DNA of 64,000 nucleotides. Origin: Candidatus Zhuqueibacterota bacterium (lineage in GTDB: Bacteria > Zhuqueibacterota > Zhuqueibacteria > Thermofontimicrobiales > Thermofontimicrobiaceae). Of this stretch, positions 9,287 to 19,453 are shown in pieces. Under the pieces are notes generated by a model. It did not search any database. It had not been told where the DNA came from and worked only from the letters and a program-made list of their open reading frames with translations. Made by a program: the position numbers and the translations under genes. Position 1 is the stretch's first letter. Each line of letters begins with the position of its first letter. Location of the stretch: positions 224,001 to 288,000 of the forward strand of contig JBMOPW010000014.1 in the NCBI GenBank assembly GCA_049322915.1. The letters run 5' to 3'.

Positions 9287-10732
9287 TTGCAATCCGACCA
9301 AAAAAAAGAATACAACATCGTTAAAAATATTGTCTACTCGACTTTGTCGACGTTGACAACGTTCTTTCTGTTTATCCTGTTGACCTTTGTCAGTCGCATT
9401 CTGGGTAAAGAGGAATACGGCATTTTCACGACCGGTCTGGCCATCGCCACGATATTCGAAATGTTCACAGACTTTGGGCTGCGCGATCTGAGCGTGCGAA
9501 ATGTGTCGCGCCAGAAGAATCTGACCGAGTTGTACATTGGAAATATTTTCGTCTGGAAATCATTGCTTTGCCTGGTGGTGTATGCCGTGATGCTGGCCAT
9601 CGTCATGCTGATGGGGTACGATAGCCAAACGAAGCTGGTCATTTACATTTTGACGTTCTCTGCGTTTTTGAAAAATATGAAGTACACGTTTCGGCTGTTT
9701 TTCCAGGCGCATGATTATTTTGGCTGGGACACGGTGCTCGTTTTTTTCGAGCGAACCGCGCTGCTCGTCGTCGGGCTGGCTGTGCTTTTTCATTGGAAGG
9801 GCTTGTTGGCATTCACCATCGCCTTCGCTGGCGTGCGGTTCATTGATTTCATTGTGACGATGGCCATCCTGCGGCTGAGAATTGCGCCCATCAAGTTGAA
9901 ATTCGATTTCACCTTTATGAAAAACTTGCAGATCGAGGCGCTGCCGCTGGGGATATTTTTTGTGATATTGACCATCTTCTCGTACATCGACACGGTGATG
10001 CTTTCATTGATGCGCGGCTTCGGCGACGTGGGGCTTTACAATGCCGCTTATAAACTGTATGAAGGGATTACAATCATCCCGACAATTTTCTGGCTGGTCA
10101 TTTTACCGAGGCTGTCCGAGTTGTACACCACCAATCCCGGGCATCATAAACGGCTCGCGGTAAAATCGGTGAAGTATATGTTTGTCGCCGGCATTCCCAC
10201 GTTGACGTACGGCATTCTATTCTCCGAATTTCTGATCATGTTCTTTTTCAAAGGCGAATTCATGCCGGCGGTGCGGACGCTGCAAATATTGTTCGTTGGC
10301 ATTGCTTTTCAATATCCCAACTGGATGATCAATTCGACATTGATTTCCATGAATAAGCAGCGCGTCATCGTGTTTCTGGGGCTTGGCGGATTGGTCTTCA
10401 AGATCGCGGCGAATGTGACCTTGATCCCGTTTTACGGCTACAACGGCTCTGCCATCGCCACGGTTTTGGCGGAATTTTTAACTTTTACCGGCGCCACAAT
10501 TTATCTCTATCGGCATCAACTGAAATTGCCAGTGCTGAGTTTGGCAGTGAAACCCATCCTCGCCTCTGCGCTGATCATTATTGTCTTCAAGTATCTCAAC
10601 GTGATTTCATTGCTGCCGTTAATTCTTCTTTCTGGTATTCTTTATGTGAGCGCCATCTTCATCTTAAAGACGTTTGATAGAGACGAGATTAATGTGATTT
10701 ATGAAAATTTTCAGGTGATGTTTAAAAAGTGA
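9287..10732 (+). CDS. wzx: Oligosaccharide flippase (Wzx/RfbX, MOP superfamily)
   Basis: About 12-14 hydrophobic segments; RILGKEEYG, DFGL, DTVML...VGLYNAA, LIPFYGYNGSAIATV. TTG start. Confidence 0.88.
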   Translation: MQSDQKKEYNIVKNIVYSTLSTLTTFFLFILLTFVSRILGKEEYGIFTTGLAIATIFEMFTDFGLRDLSVRNVSRQKNLTELYIGNIFVWKSLLCLVVYAVMLAIVMLMGYDSQTKLVIYILTFSAFLKNMKYTFRLFFQAHDYFGWDTVLVFFERTALLVVGLAVLFHWKGLLAFTIAFAGVRFIDFIVTMAILRLRIAPIKLKFDFTFMKNLQIEALPLGIFFVILTIFSYIDTVMLSLMRGFGDVGLYNAAYKLYEGITIIPTIFWLVILPRLSELYTTNPGHHKRLAVKSVKYMFVAGIPTLTYGILFSEFLIMFFFKGEFMPAVRTLQILFVGIAFQYPNWMINSTLISMNKQRVIVFLGLGGLVFKIAANVTLIPFYGYNGSAIATVLAEFLTFTGATIYLYRHQLKLPVLSLAVKPILASALIIIVFKYLNVISLLPLILLSGILYVSAIFILKTFDRDEINVIYENFQVMFKK

Positions 10733-10765
10733 TTATGGGCAGTGAAGATGATGTGAGGTGTCAAG

Positions 10766-11767
10766 ATGATGAGTCCCGAACTCTCGATTATCATCGTCAA
10801 TTGGAACACCAGGGATTTATTGAAGGAATGTGTTCAGTCAATATACAAAGAAACAAAAGGAATATCGTACGAAATTTTTGTTGTGGATAACGCTTCTGCT
10901 GATGGAAGCGCGGCGCTGATTGAGCGGCAATTTCCTGATGTCAGGCTTATTCGAAATGAGGAGAACCTGGGGTACGGCCGGGCAAGCAATCAGGCGTTGA
11001 AATTCTACCAGGGTGAGTATGTCCTGTTCCTCAATCCGGACACACAAATCCAGCGGAACGCCATTGTCACGCTCGTGAATTTTATGAAGGAAAATCCCGG
11101 CGTTGGAATGACTGGCCCCAAGACGATTCATCCGGACGGGACGATTCAGGTATCGTGGGCGAAGTTCCCCTGTTTATCCACGGTGTTTACGAACAATGTC
11201 TCGTTGAATACGGCAGTTTCGATCTTTGGTGTATTCGGAAAACTGTTGAAAAACAATGTGCGGTATACGGATAGCGGTCTCTCCGTCACCGACGTTACGC
11301 ATTGCATGAAAGTGGATTATCTTCTGGGGGAGTTTCTCCTGACCAAAAAATCGATTCTGGAAACAGTGGGTGGATTTCCGGACGACATTTTTATGTATGA
11401 AGAAGAGACCGATTTATGTTACCGTATCCATCAGCAAGGCTGGGAAATCTGGTTCGTGCCGGATGCGCAGATAATTCATCATGAGAAGAAGAGCATCAGG
11501 CAAATACCGAATCACATCGAAAAAGAGGTCGATTGGTTCATCGCCGGCCGATCGCGGTTTTATCGAAAATATTATGGGAAGGTCAAGCTGGTCTTTTTCC
11601 ATGTTTTCAATTTTGTGAACTCGCTGTGCAAACTGGCGATGTACTGCGTGATGGATGTCGTCAGCCTGAAAAAGCGGACGTTTGTCGCCGAGAAATTCAA
11701 ATGGCAATGGGAAGTGATTGTCTGGTATTATAGAAAATTGAATAGCATCAATATTGAACTGAGGTGA
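10766..11767 (+). CDS. Glycosyltransferase family 2 (WbbL-like)
   Basis: SIIIVNWNT; VVDNASADGS; FLNPD; FMYEEETDLCYR. Confidence 0.9.
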   Translation: MMSPELSIIIVNWNTRDLLKECVQSIYKETKGISYEIFVVDNASADGSAALIERQFPDVRLIRNEENLGYGRASNQALKFYQGEYVLFLNPDTQIQRNAIVTLVNFMKENPGVGMTGPKTIHPDGTIQVSWAKFPCLSTVFTNNVSLNTAVSIFGVFGKLLKNNVRYTDSGLSVTDVTHCMKVDYLLGEFLLTKKSILETVGGFPDDIFMYEEETDLCYRIHQQGWEIWFVPDAQIIHHEKKSIRQIPNHIEKEVDWFIAGRSRFYRKYYGKVKLVFFHVFNFVNSLCKLAMYCVMDVVSLKKRTFVAEKFKWQWEVIVWYYRKLNSINIELR

Positions 11768-11771
11768 ATGC

Positions 11772-13637
11772 ATGATTTTCGGAATTATAAAAAGAGATCC
11801 CCGTGCAAAAGTGTTACGTGAGCATTTGGAGGTGATGGCTGGATATCCCGATGGCGCTTTCGATCGGACGAATATTTATCTCAATGGTGAAATTGGATTT
11901 GGCTGTCAGGCGCTTCCCGGTGTTGCCGAGGATTTTTCTTCCCCCGCGACCAATGAGGATAAAACGATTGCCGTGGTATTTCAGGGTCAATTGTACAATG
12001 TGAGCGAGCTGCAAAAGGAAGTGGGTAGTAATGTGGCCAGTCCGGCCAGGCTGGTGCTGCAACTGTACAAGAAATTTGGCGATACCTGTGCGAAAAAACT
12101 GAATGGGAAATTTGCCTTCGCCATTTACGATCGGACCATTCATCGCGTTGTGCTGGGCCGCGACCGAGTGGGCATTGAACCCATGTTCTATTTTCAGGAT
12201 TCGGATCAGGTCATCTTCAGCACAAGTCTCGCCTCCATCGTGAATCTGCCGGGAGTGGGCAAAACATTGGATTATCGCGGGCTGTATCAATTTCTGCTGT
12301 TCTGCTATAACCCGGCGCTGTTCACGTTTTTCAAGAATGTGAACAAATTGCGTCCCGGCCATGTGCTCGTCTTTGAGGGAAGTAAAGCCGAATTAAAACG
12401 CTACTGGCAGGTATCATTTGCAAAACAGAACAGCAGCGATGAAGCCGAGGTCAGTCAGCAGTTGCTCCGATTGATGCGAGACGCCGTGCAGATTCGATTC
12501 GATGGAAATCAAAAACGGGGCGTTTTTCTCAGCGGTGGTATGGATTCCAGCACTATGGTGGCGTTGATCAGCGAATTGGCCGGGGACGACCTGAGTACAT
12601 TTTCTTTCCGCTGTCGCGGCGAGTCGTTCGATGAATCTGCCTATGCTAAAATAATGGCCGATCATTATCACACCCGGCATCACCTGGTGGAGTATGCGCC
12701 GGACGATGTGGCGCTTATGCAAGAAATTACCCGGCTGATGGATGAGCCGTTTGGCGACCTGGGCATCAATGTTGCCTCCTATTTATTGGGCCGGGAAGCG
12801 CATAAAGAAGTGACGCTCATTTTGACTGGCGATGGCGGCGATGAACTGTATGGCGGTCACCCGGTGTACGAAGCGGATAAGATGGCCGAGCGCATCGAAA
12901 AAGTGCCGCGTTTTTTGCTGAAACCGGCGCTGGCCCTGGCAGCGCAATTGCCGGATTCTGAGAAGAAGAAGAATTTGACGGTGAAGGCCAAGCGTTTCTC
13001 CCTCAGTGTGAAATTTCCCAGGGAGCTTCTCTCTCACCGCTGGAGAATCTATTACACCCCGGCGGAGATGAAACAGCTCATGAACGACGCTGCCTGGAAT
13101 GAAGTGCGCGATTACAATCCATACGAAGAAATGTACCAGTTCAACCGCGAATCGGATGGCCAGGATATGTTAAGCCATTCCCTGTACAGCGATTACCAGA
13201 CTATTGTGGGATTCTATCTGCGTCGCATGGGATTGCTGAAGCATTTGGGCATTGACTCGCGATTCCCGCTGCTGGACTATCGGCTGATCGAATATGCAGC
13301 GACCATACCTTCGGATTTGAAAATTCGAGGGATGTCTGATACTAAATACATTTTCAAACGGACGATGGAAAATGTATTGCCCCATGACATTGTCTATCGC
13401 AAGGACAAACTTGGCCATAGCATTCCGATGAAAAACTGGATGCGCGATCATCCCAAAGTGAAAGAGTTTATCGGGGATGTGCTGTCGGAATCGCGCATCA
13501 AATCCCGCGGAATTTTTAATTATCGCTTCATTCAAAATTTAATGAGCCAGCATCAGAGCAAGAAGACGAATTTTTCCCATCGGCTCTGGGCGTTGGCCGT
13601 TCTGGAACTGTGGTTTTCGAACAAGATGAACAGTTAG
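11772..13637 (+). CDS. AsnB-like amide ligase with a degenerate glutaminase domain (no N-terminal Cys)
   Basis: Begins MIFGII rather than MCGI. Keeps NGKFAFAI, RDRVGIEP, FLSGGMDSS, LTGDGGDELYGG and SRFPLLD. Confidence 0.87.
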   Translation: MIFGIIKRDPRAKVLREHLEVMAGYPDGAFDRTNIYLNGEIGFGCQALPGVAEDFSSPATNEDKTIAVVFQGQLYNVSELQKEVGSNVASPARLVLQLYKKFGDTCAKKLNGKFAFAIYDRTIHRVVLGRDRVGIEPMFYFQDSDQVIFSTSLASIVNLPGVGKTLDYRGLYQFLLFCYNPALFTFFKNVNKLRPGHVLVFEGSKAELKRYWQVSFAKQNSSDEAEVSQQLLRLMRDAVQIRFDGNQKRGVFLSGGMDSSTMVALISELAGDDLSTFSFRCRGESFDESAYAKIMADHYHTRHHLVEYAPDDVALMQEITRLMDEPFGDLGINVASYLLGREAHKEVTLILTGDGGDELYGGHPVYEADKMAERIEKVPRFLLKPALALAAQLPDSEKKKNLTVKAKRFSLSVKFPRELLSHRWRIYYTPAEMKQLMNDAAWNEVRDYNPYEEMYQFNRESDGQDMLSHSLYSDYQTIVGFYLRRMGLLKHLGIDSRFPLLDYRLIEYAATIPSDLKIRGMSDTKYIFKRTMENVLPHDIVYRKDKLGHSIPMKNWMRDHPKVKEFIGDVLSESRIKSRGIFNYRFIQNLMSQHQSKKTNFSHRLWALAVLELWFSNKMNS

Positions 13638-13638
13638 G

Positions 13639-14760
13639 TTGACCATGCTCCCACTTTATGGATCGCATCCACTTCAGGATTTGATTTTGTTTTTTAAAGA
13701 TTGGTACAAGAGAGAATATCCCATTTTTTTGTATCAGAAAAATAAAATCGATATTGTCCCGGCCTTTTGTTATCACCATGTGACGGCCAACGAATTCGAC
13801 GATCATCTCGAATACCTGGAGAAGAACGAGTACAACACATTGACAGCGCAGGAGTTTTATGAAGCTCAGAAAGCGGGCGCCCATGGCGTTGAGCGGTCGG
13901 TCCTGATCACATTCGACGATGGAACGCGCGATGTGTACGATGTGGTTTTTCCGTTGCTGAAAAAGTATTTGATGAAAGCAGTGGTATTCATCATCCCCGG
14001 CTGGGTCGGAAAAGACAATATGCTCACCTGGCCGCAAATTCAAGAGATGCATCAGAGCGGACTGGTGGATTTCCAGTCCCATTCCATGAACCATCCGGCG
14101 ATTTTTGTATCGACGGAAGTATTGGATTACTATCGTCCGAGGCTGACGAATCTGAGTAACTGGAATGCGCCTGTCATTCAGAAAAATGGTGAAATCCGGT
14201 ATGGCGAAGCGCCATCGGTGGGTCAGCCAATTTATGAATTTCACTCGCGGTTTTCCGATCTGCCGCGATTTGTGCCCGACGAAAATTTACAGAGACATTG
14301 TCAGGCGTATGTTCAAAATAATGGTGGTGAAACTTTTTTCCACCAAAAAACCTGGCGGGAAAATTTGAATAAAACGCTGGAAGCCTGGCGGGAGGAACAG
14401 AATCTCTCGGAACGATTCGAGACGATTGGGGAGCAGGTGAGCAACATTCGGAATGAATTGGAAGCGTCGAAGCAGATCATCGAAGAGCAGTTGCCGGGAA
14501 AACAGGTTGAATTTTTCGCCTGTCCCTGGAATGTGACCAGCGCACTGACAAATCAATTGCTGCGCGAGTCCAATTATAAAATTGCTTTTATCGGCATTAA
14601 AATGGATCCGTCGTGGGAGTGCGATAGCTCCGAATTCTTTTGTACGAAACGGATCAGCGGCGATTTTGTCAAATGCCTGCCGGGCCGGGGACGGCAATCG
14701 GTTGGTCGGGTCATTTTTTCAAAAATGATCAGACGTATTTTCGCCGGAGTCAATTATTAA
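13639..14760 (+). CDS. Polysaccharide deacetylase (CE4/NodB-like) with a long internal insertion
   Basis: CYHHV; LITFDDG; DFQSHSMNH; FFACPW. About 110 extra residues lie between the His motif and IRNELEASK. The start may be the ATG at 13645. Confidence 0.82.
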   Translation: MTMLPLYGSHPLQDLILFFKDWYKREYPIFLYQKNKIDIVPAFCYHHVTANEFDDHLEYLEKNEYNTLTAQEFYEAQKAGAHGVERSVLITFDDGTRDVYDVVFPLLKKYLMKAVVFIIPGWVGKDNMLTWPQIQEMHQSGLVDFQSHSMNHPAIFVSTEVLDYYRPRLTNLSNWNAPVIQKNGEIRYGEAPSVGQPIYEFHSRFSDLPRFVPDENLQRHCQAYVQNNGGETFFHQKTWRENLNKTLEAWREEQNLSERFETIGEQVSNIRNELEASKQIIEEQLPGKQVEFFACPWNVTSALTNQLLRESNYKIAFIGIKMDPSWECDSSEFFCTKRISGDFVKCLPGRGRQSVGRVIFSKMIRRIFAGVNY

Positions 14761-14783
14761 AAGTGCAACATGGAGAACCAGCA

Positions 14784-15737
14784 ATGGAACGCGCTGCAAA
14801 GGTATCACTGGTTATTTTGAACTGGAATCGTAAGGACATGCTGCTGGATTGCCTCAGCAAGGTGGCAGAGTTGGAATATCCGCTCTACGAGACCATTGTC
14901 GTGGACAATGCTTCCACGGATGGTTCGGTCGCTGCGGTTCGTGAAAAATTTCCAACGGTGGCAATCATTGAAAACCATAAAAACTACGGCGCAATCGGCG
15001 GAAAAAACATCGGACTGCGTCGCGCCATGGAATCGCCGGTGGACTATATTTATATGCTGGATAATGACATTGTGGGCGCGCCGGATTCGCTGACCTATTT
15101 GGTGGCTGTTGCTGAAGCGGATGACAGTGTGGGACTTGTGGGCGCCATGATGTACGATCACAGCAAGCCAACCACCATCCTCTCGGCCGGAGGAACGATT
15201 GATTTCACGCAAAATGTGTCGCGCGGCCGGGGCGATAATCAGATCGACAGGGGGCAGTTCAAAAAAGTCGAGCCGGTGGACTATTTGTGGGGCGGCGCGT
15301 TGCTGGCTCGAAAAAGCGTGCTGGAAGAAGTCGGATTGTTCGACGAAGAATACATCGGCTACTGGTTTGAAGATACCGATATCAGCGTGCGCGTGCGCAA
15401 AGCCGGATTTAAAGTGCTGTTCTGTCCCCAGGCCAAAGTCTGGCATAAACCTCATGCAACCGCGGAGCAGTTTTCGTTTCGGAAAAAATATCTGGCTGCG
15501 CGGAATGCCATCCGGTTCATGAAAAAGCACGCGACCCCGCTGCAATGGGCCAAGTACCTGATGTTTGCCGGCGGTAGTTTGCCAATGATGTATCTGCGCG
15601 ATGTCGTGATGAAGCAAAACAGAGAGGGGACTCTCGGCAAGGCCCGAGGCATCTGGGACGGGATTCGCGGCAACGACGCGGCCGTGGAAAAAGTGCTGAA
15701 AAGCAATTTCAAAAAAGAGGCTGTTGTCAACCATTAA
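14784..15737 (+). CDS. Glycosyltransferase family 2
   Basis: Start moved to ATG 14784 (GGAG upstream; MERAAKVSLVILNWN). VVDNASTDGS; MLDND; WFEDTDISVR. Confidence 0.88.
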   Translation: MERAAKVSLVILNWNRKDMLLDCLSKVAELEYPLYETIVVDNASTDGSVAAVREKFPTVAIIENHKNYGAIGGKNIGLRRAMESPVDYIYMLDNDIVGAPDSLTYLVAVAEADDSVGLVGAMMYDHSKPTTILSAGGTIDFTQNVSRGRGDNQIDRGQFKKVEPVDYLWGGALLARKSVLEEVGLFDEEYIGYWFEDTDISVRVRKAGFKVLFCPQAKVWHKPHATAEQFSFRKKYLAARNAIRFMKKHATPLQWAKYLMFAGGSLPMMYLRDVVMKQNREGTLGKARGIWDGIRGNDAAVEKVLKSNFKKEAVVNH

Positions 15738-15754
15738 ATTCATTGTGAGTCACC

Positions 15755-16330
15755 ATGCCAACTCCCATTGGACACTCGCTCATTTCAACAGCGATTTACA
15801 CCGCTGTCACCGGAAAGGAAGATCGGTTTTCAGCGACGGATTTTGCTGTCTTCCTGTTCCTGGGAGTGGCGCCGGATCTGGACTTCGTCCCGGGACTCCT
15901 GGTTGGCGCGCCGTCTCGTTACCATCACGGCTTGTCGCACAGCGTGGGGATGTCTGTCCTGGTCGGGCTGCTCTTTGGACTGATTTACTATGCTGTTGCG
16001 AAGAAACCGCTGGTTCGCTATTGGATGATTTTTTCGCTCATCTATTTCGCCCATGTGGCAGCCGACTTTTTTGCCGTGGACACATCGCCGCCCATCGGGG
16101 AACAATTGTTCTGGCCTTTCTGGACCGGATATGTGCTCTCGCCCATAACGTTCTTTCTGGATGTGCAGCGCTCCGGGCAAAGCGCTGATTTTTTTGTCAG
16201 TATTTTCAAGATGCATAATTTAAAAACAGTTATTTTGGAATTCATACTATGTTTCCCGTTGATCCCCGGGATCTGGTTGTTGAAAAAAAATAATTGCATT
16301 TTCAATCGACTGGGTCAGTTGACTCAATGA
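15755..16330 (+). CDS. Membrane-bound metal-dependent hydrolase (YdjM family)
   Basis: MPTPIGHS; APDLDF; HHGLSHS; AHVAAD; LFWPF. Confidence 0.82.
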   Translation: MPTPIGHSLISTAIYTAVTGKEDRFSATDFAVFLFLGVAPDLDFVPGLLVGAPSRYHHGLSHSVGMSVLVGLLFGLIYYAVAKKPLVRYWMIFSLIYFAHVAADFFAVDTSPPIGEQLFWPFWTGYVLSPITFFLDVQRSGQSADFFVSIFKMHNLKTVILEFILCFPLIPGIWLLKKNNCIFNRLGQLTQ

Positions 16331-16389
16331 AGCAGGATAGAATCTGTCGCGCGATTGAATGGATAAATTCATTACAGACAAAATTCAAC

Positions 16390-17361
16390 ATGGATAAAAA
16401 GCTGGATATATCAATCGTTGTTCCGTTGTACAACGAAGAAGAAAATGTGAAAATTCTCCATTCATCCATTCGGAAGGTGATGGATGGAATGGGCAAACCG
16501 CATGAGATAATTTTCGTCGATGATGGCAGTCGTGACAGAACATTTGAGCTGCTCAAAGAAATACATGACGAGAACCCTGCGGTGAAAGTCATTAAATTCC
16601 GGGGTAACTTCGGGCAGTCCGCGGCGATGGCTGCCGGATTTGAGGCGGCTCGGGGGGATGTTGTTTTTGCAATGGATGGGGATTTGCAAAATGATCCGAC
16701 CGATATTCCTGTGCTGCTTTCGAAACTGGATGATGGCTATGATGTGGTGAGCGGCTGGCGGAAGGACAGAAAGGACAAGCTGATCATCCGCAAAGTCCCA
16801 TCGAAAATTGCCAACAAGCTTATTTGTTCCGTCACCGGGGTTCAGCTTCACGACACCGGCTGTTCACTCAAAGCATTTCGGTCTGAGATCATCAAGCGGA
16901 TCAATTTGTACGGGGAACTGCACCGGTTCATTCCGGCCCTGTCAAAAATTGAAGGCGCGCGGATCACTGAAATCCCGGTGCAGCATCATGCCCGAAAATT
17001 CGGTCGCTCCAAGTACAATATCACCCGCACGTTCCGCGTGATTGTGGATTTGATGGCCATGAATCTATTCATCCGCTATCTGAAAACTCCCCTGCGGTTC
17101 TTTGGGAAAATCGGCGCTCTGTTCATTGTGTTCGGCTTTTTATCGACGCTGTGGATTTTGTATCGCGTCTATCTGTTTCATAAACCGTTGACCGATATCA
17201 ATATCCTGCTGACGTCGGTATTTCTGTTCGTGGCCACCGGCGTTCAATTTTTTGTGTGGGGCCTGCTGGCGGATTTGATTGTCAAAACCGGAAAGCGAAA
17301 GAGCATTTATCTGGCGGACACTCCGCTCAATGGAAAATTTGCGCATCAGCAACACGATTAG
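16390..17361 (+). CDS. Polyprenyl-phosphate glycosyltransferase, GT2 ArnC/GtrB family
   Basis: Probable start MDKKLDISIVVPLYNEE; FVDDGSRD; NFGQSAAMAAG; MDGDLQNDP; VVSGWR; YGELHRFIP; two C-terminal TM helices. Confidence 0.9.
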   Translation: MDKKLDISIVVPLYNEEENVKILHSSIRKVMDGMGKPHEIIFVDDGSRDRTFELLKEIHDENPAVKVIKFRGNFGQSAAMAAGFEAARGDVVFAMDGDLQNDPTDIPVLLSKLDDGYDVVSGWRKDRKDKLIIRKVPSKIANKLICSVTGVQLHDTGCSLKAFRSEIIKRINLYGELHRFIPALSKIEGARITEIPVQHHARKFGRSKYNITRTFRVIVDLMAMNLFIRYLKTPLRFFGKIGALFIVFGFLSTLWILYRVYLFHKPLTDINILLTSVFLFVATGVQFFVWGLLADLIVKTGKRKSIYLADTPLNGKFAHQQHD

Positions 17362-17487
17362 CAACGTGTCCTGTTGATGTAATCTCATGTGTTTAACCTA
17401 TATTTCTTACTGGTCATGCTTCAGCATTTTGAGCTGGAAGGATGATTGCTCTAAAATTTGTATTATTCAAGAGTAAAGGTAGAGATC

Positions 17488-18486
17488 ATGTCTGAACAAA
17501 AAGTGATGCTGAAATCGAAGGAAAACCTGAAAGCCGGAGAACGAGTCTCCGGAGCCGGGGTGAAGATATCCGTGATTGTCGCGTTCTACAACCTGGAATC
17601 CGATGTCGAGGAGTATTTCAAAAAATTAAAATCGACATTCGATGCGCTGGGTAAGACGTACGAGATAATTTTCGTGGATGATAATAGCACCGATGCGACC
17701 TACCCCAAACTGTACCAGATTAGCCGGGCGCACGAAAACGTGAAGCTCATCAAAATGAGATCCCGATTTGGCGAAGCCTCGTCCTTCGAAGCCGGATTCA
17801 AATTATCATCCGGGGAGCAGGTGATATTTTACACGACTCGCGTGCGACCCAACGCCGAAGACCTTCCCGGACTGTTAGCCAAGCTGGACGAAGGCAACGA
17901 CCTTGTGGTGGGATGGCGTTACCCGCGACGAGACTGGTTTTTGAATCGATTCATTTCCCATGTGTTCAATTACATCACCAACAAGATATCCAATCTCAGG
18001 CTCAATGATATCAACAGCGGAATTCTGGTGATGAACCGGAAGGTGCTGGAGGATATTCAGATCTACGGCGGACTCAACCAGTTCATCCCGCTGCTGGCGA
18101 AGAAGCAGGGCTACAAAGTGACGGAAGCGAAGATCGTGCAATTGCCGGGCACATTCCGTAAATCGAAATCGTTCAGCGAATACCTGCAGCGCAGTCTGGA
18201 CATTCTGACGGTTGTGTTTTTGACAAAGTATTCGAAAAAGCCCATCCATTTCCTGGGATTTGTGGGCGGAATATTCACGCTGGTCGGCGGTTTGATTGAT
18301 GTGTACCTGTTCTTCTATCGCATCCTGGGATTTGGCTCGATAGCCGGCAGGCCGTTGCTGCTGCTGGGAGCGTTGTTGCTGGTCATTGGCATTCAAATGG
18401 TGGCCATGGGACTGATCGGAGAAATGATCATTTTTACTCATGCCGGGGATATCAAAGAATACAATATTGAAGAAGTATTGGAATAG
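17488..18486 (+). CDS. ArnC/GtrB-like GT2 paralogue lacking the DXD motif
   Basis: Collinear with the preceding gene (FVDDNSTD, FGEASSFEAG, LVVGWR, YGGLNQFIP, two TM helices), but MDGDLQNDP is replaced by YTTRVRPNA. Confidence 0.8.
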   Translation: MSEQKVMLKSKENLKAGERVSGAGVKISVIVAFYNLESDVEEYFKKLKSTFDALGKTYEIIFVDDNSTDATYPKLYQISRAHENVKLIKMRSRFGEASSFEAGFKLSSGEQVIFYTTRVRPNAEDLPGLLAKLDEGNDLVVGWRYPRRDWFLNRFISHVFNYITNKISNLRLNDINSGILVMNRKVLEDIQIYGGLNQFIPLLAKKQGYKVTEAKIVQLPGTFRKSKSFSEYLQRSLDILTVVFLTKYSKKPIHFLGFVGGIFTLVGGLIDVYLFFYRILGFGSIAGRPLLLLGALLLVIGIQMVAMGLIGEMIIFTHAGDIKEYNIEEVLE

Positions 18487-18502
18487 GATTTAGGAGAGCT
18501 GA

Positions 18503-19453
18503 ATGGAATTAGCCGTTGTTATTCCTGCCTACAACGAAGAAGTAACCATCGCCCAGGTCGTCCGTGAATATCGCGCCGCTCTGCCGGAAGCCAGGATTTA
18601 TGTGGGTGACAATAACAGCAGGGACCGAACTGCGGAACTAGCGCGCCAGGCCGGTGCGATTGTCATTCCGTGCGAGCAGCAGGGCAAGGGAAACGCTGTC
18701 CGCAAAATTCTGGAATTAGTGGACGCTGATATTTACATCATGATCGATGCAGACCAAACCTACAGCGCCGCCAATGTGCGCGACCTGATAGAGCCGGTGA
18801 AAAGCGGCCGGGTGGATATGGTTGTCGGTTCGCGGAAACAGATTTCAGAACAGGCATTTTCGTTTTCACATAAAATTGGTAACTTTGTCCTCACCACTAT
18901 TTTGAATCGGATTTTCAAAGTGAAATTGAAGGACATCCTGTCCGGATATCGCGTCATGAGCCGGCGACTGGTGGATAAGCTGATACTTTTAGCAGAGGGA
19001 TTTGAAATTGAAGCCGAACTCACCATCCGCACATTGCAGGAAAATTTTAAAATTCTTGAAGTACCCATTGATTATCGCCATCGGCCGGAAGGCTCAGATT
19101 CGAAATTGAGCACCTGGGGGGATGGATTTCTGATTCTCTACACAATCATCACGCTGTTTCGGGATTATAATCCCATGGTTTTCTTTGTGCTGGTTTCGCT
19201 GTTTTTTTTGCTGGTGGGCTTCACAACAGGAACATATATTTTCATCGTTTATTTACAGACAGGCATGATGTATCACATCGGTCTGGCCATTGTGACAGCG
19301 TTGAGCATCATGCTGTCAGCAATTGTTTTTATGCTGGGCTTGCTGCTGGACTCGTTCAACAATAGCTGGCGGCTGACCCAGGAAAGCATGCGTCGAAATA
19401 GAATTTTGTTGAGAAAGGTCATTGAAATTAGCGGCAAGCAGGGAGTCGAGTGA
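18503..19453 (+). CDS. GT2 polyprenyl-phosphate glycosyltransferase (DPM1-like)
   Basis: VVIPAYNEE; DNNSRD; QGKGNA; MIDADQTY; DILSGYR; GFEIEAEL; two TM helices. Confidence 0.88.
   Translation: MELAVVIPAYNEEVTIAQVVREYRAALPEARIYVGDNNSRDRTAELARQAGAIVIPCEQQGKGNAVRKILELVDADIYIMIDADQTYSAANVRDLIEPVKSGRVDMVVGSRKQISEQAFSFSHKIGNFVLTTILNRIFKVKLKDILSGYRVMSRRLVDKLILLAEGFEIEAELTIRTLQENFKILEVPIDYRHRPEGSDSKLSTWGDGFLILYTIITLFRDYNPMVFFVLVSLFFLLVGFTTGTYIFIVYLQTGMMYHIGLAIVTALSIMLSAIVFMLGLLLDSFNNSWRLTQESMRRNRILLRKVIEISGKQGVE

Noticed and set aside
11772..13637. Lasso peptide cyclase (AsnB-like without Cys)
   Set aside because: No precursor peptide, B1/B2 protein or ABC exporter nearby; the protein is full-length AsnB-like and sits among glycan genes.
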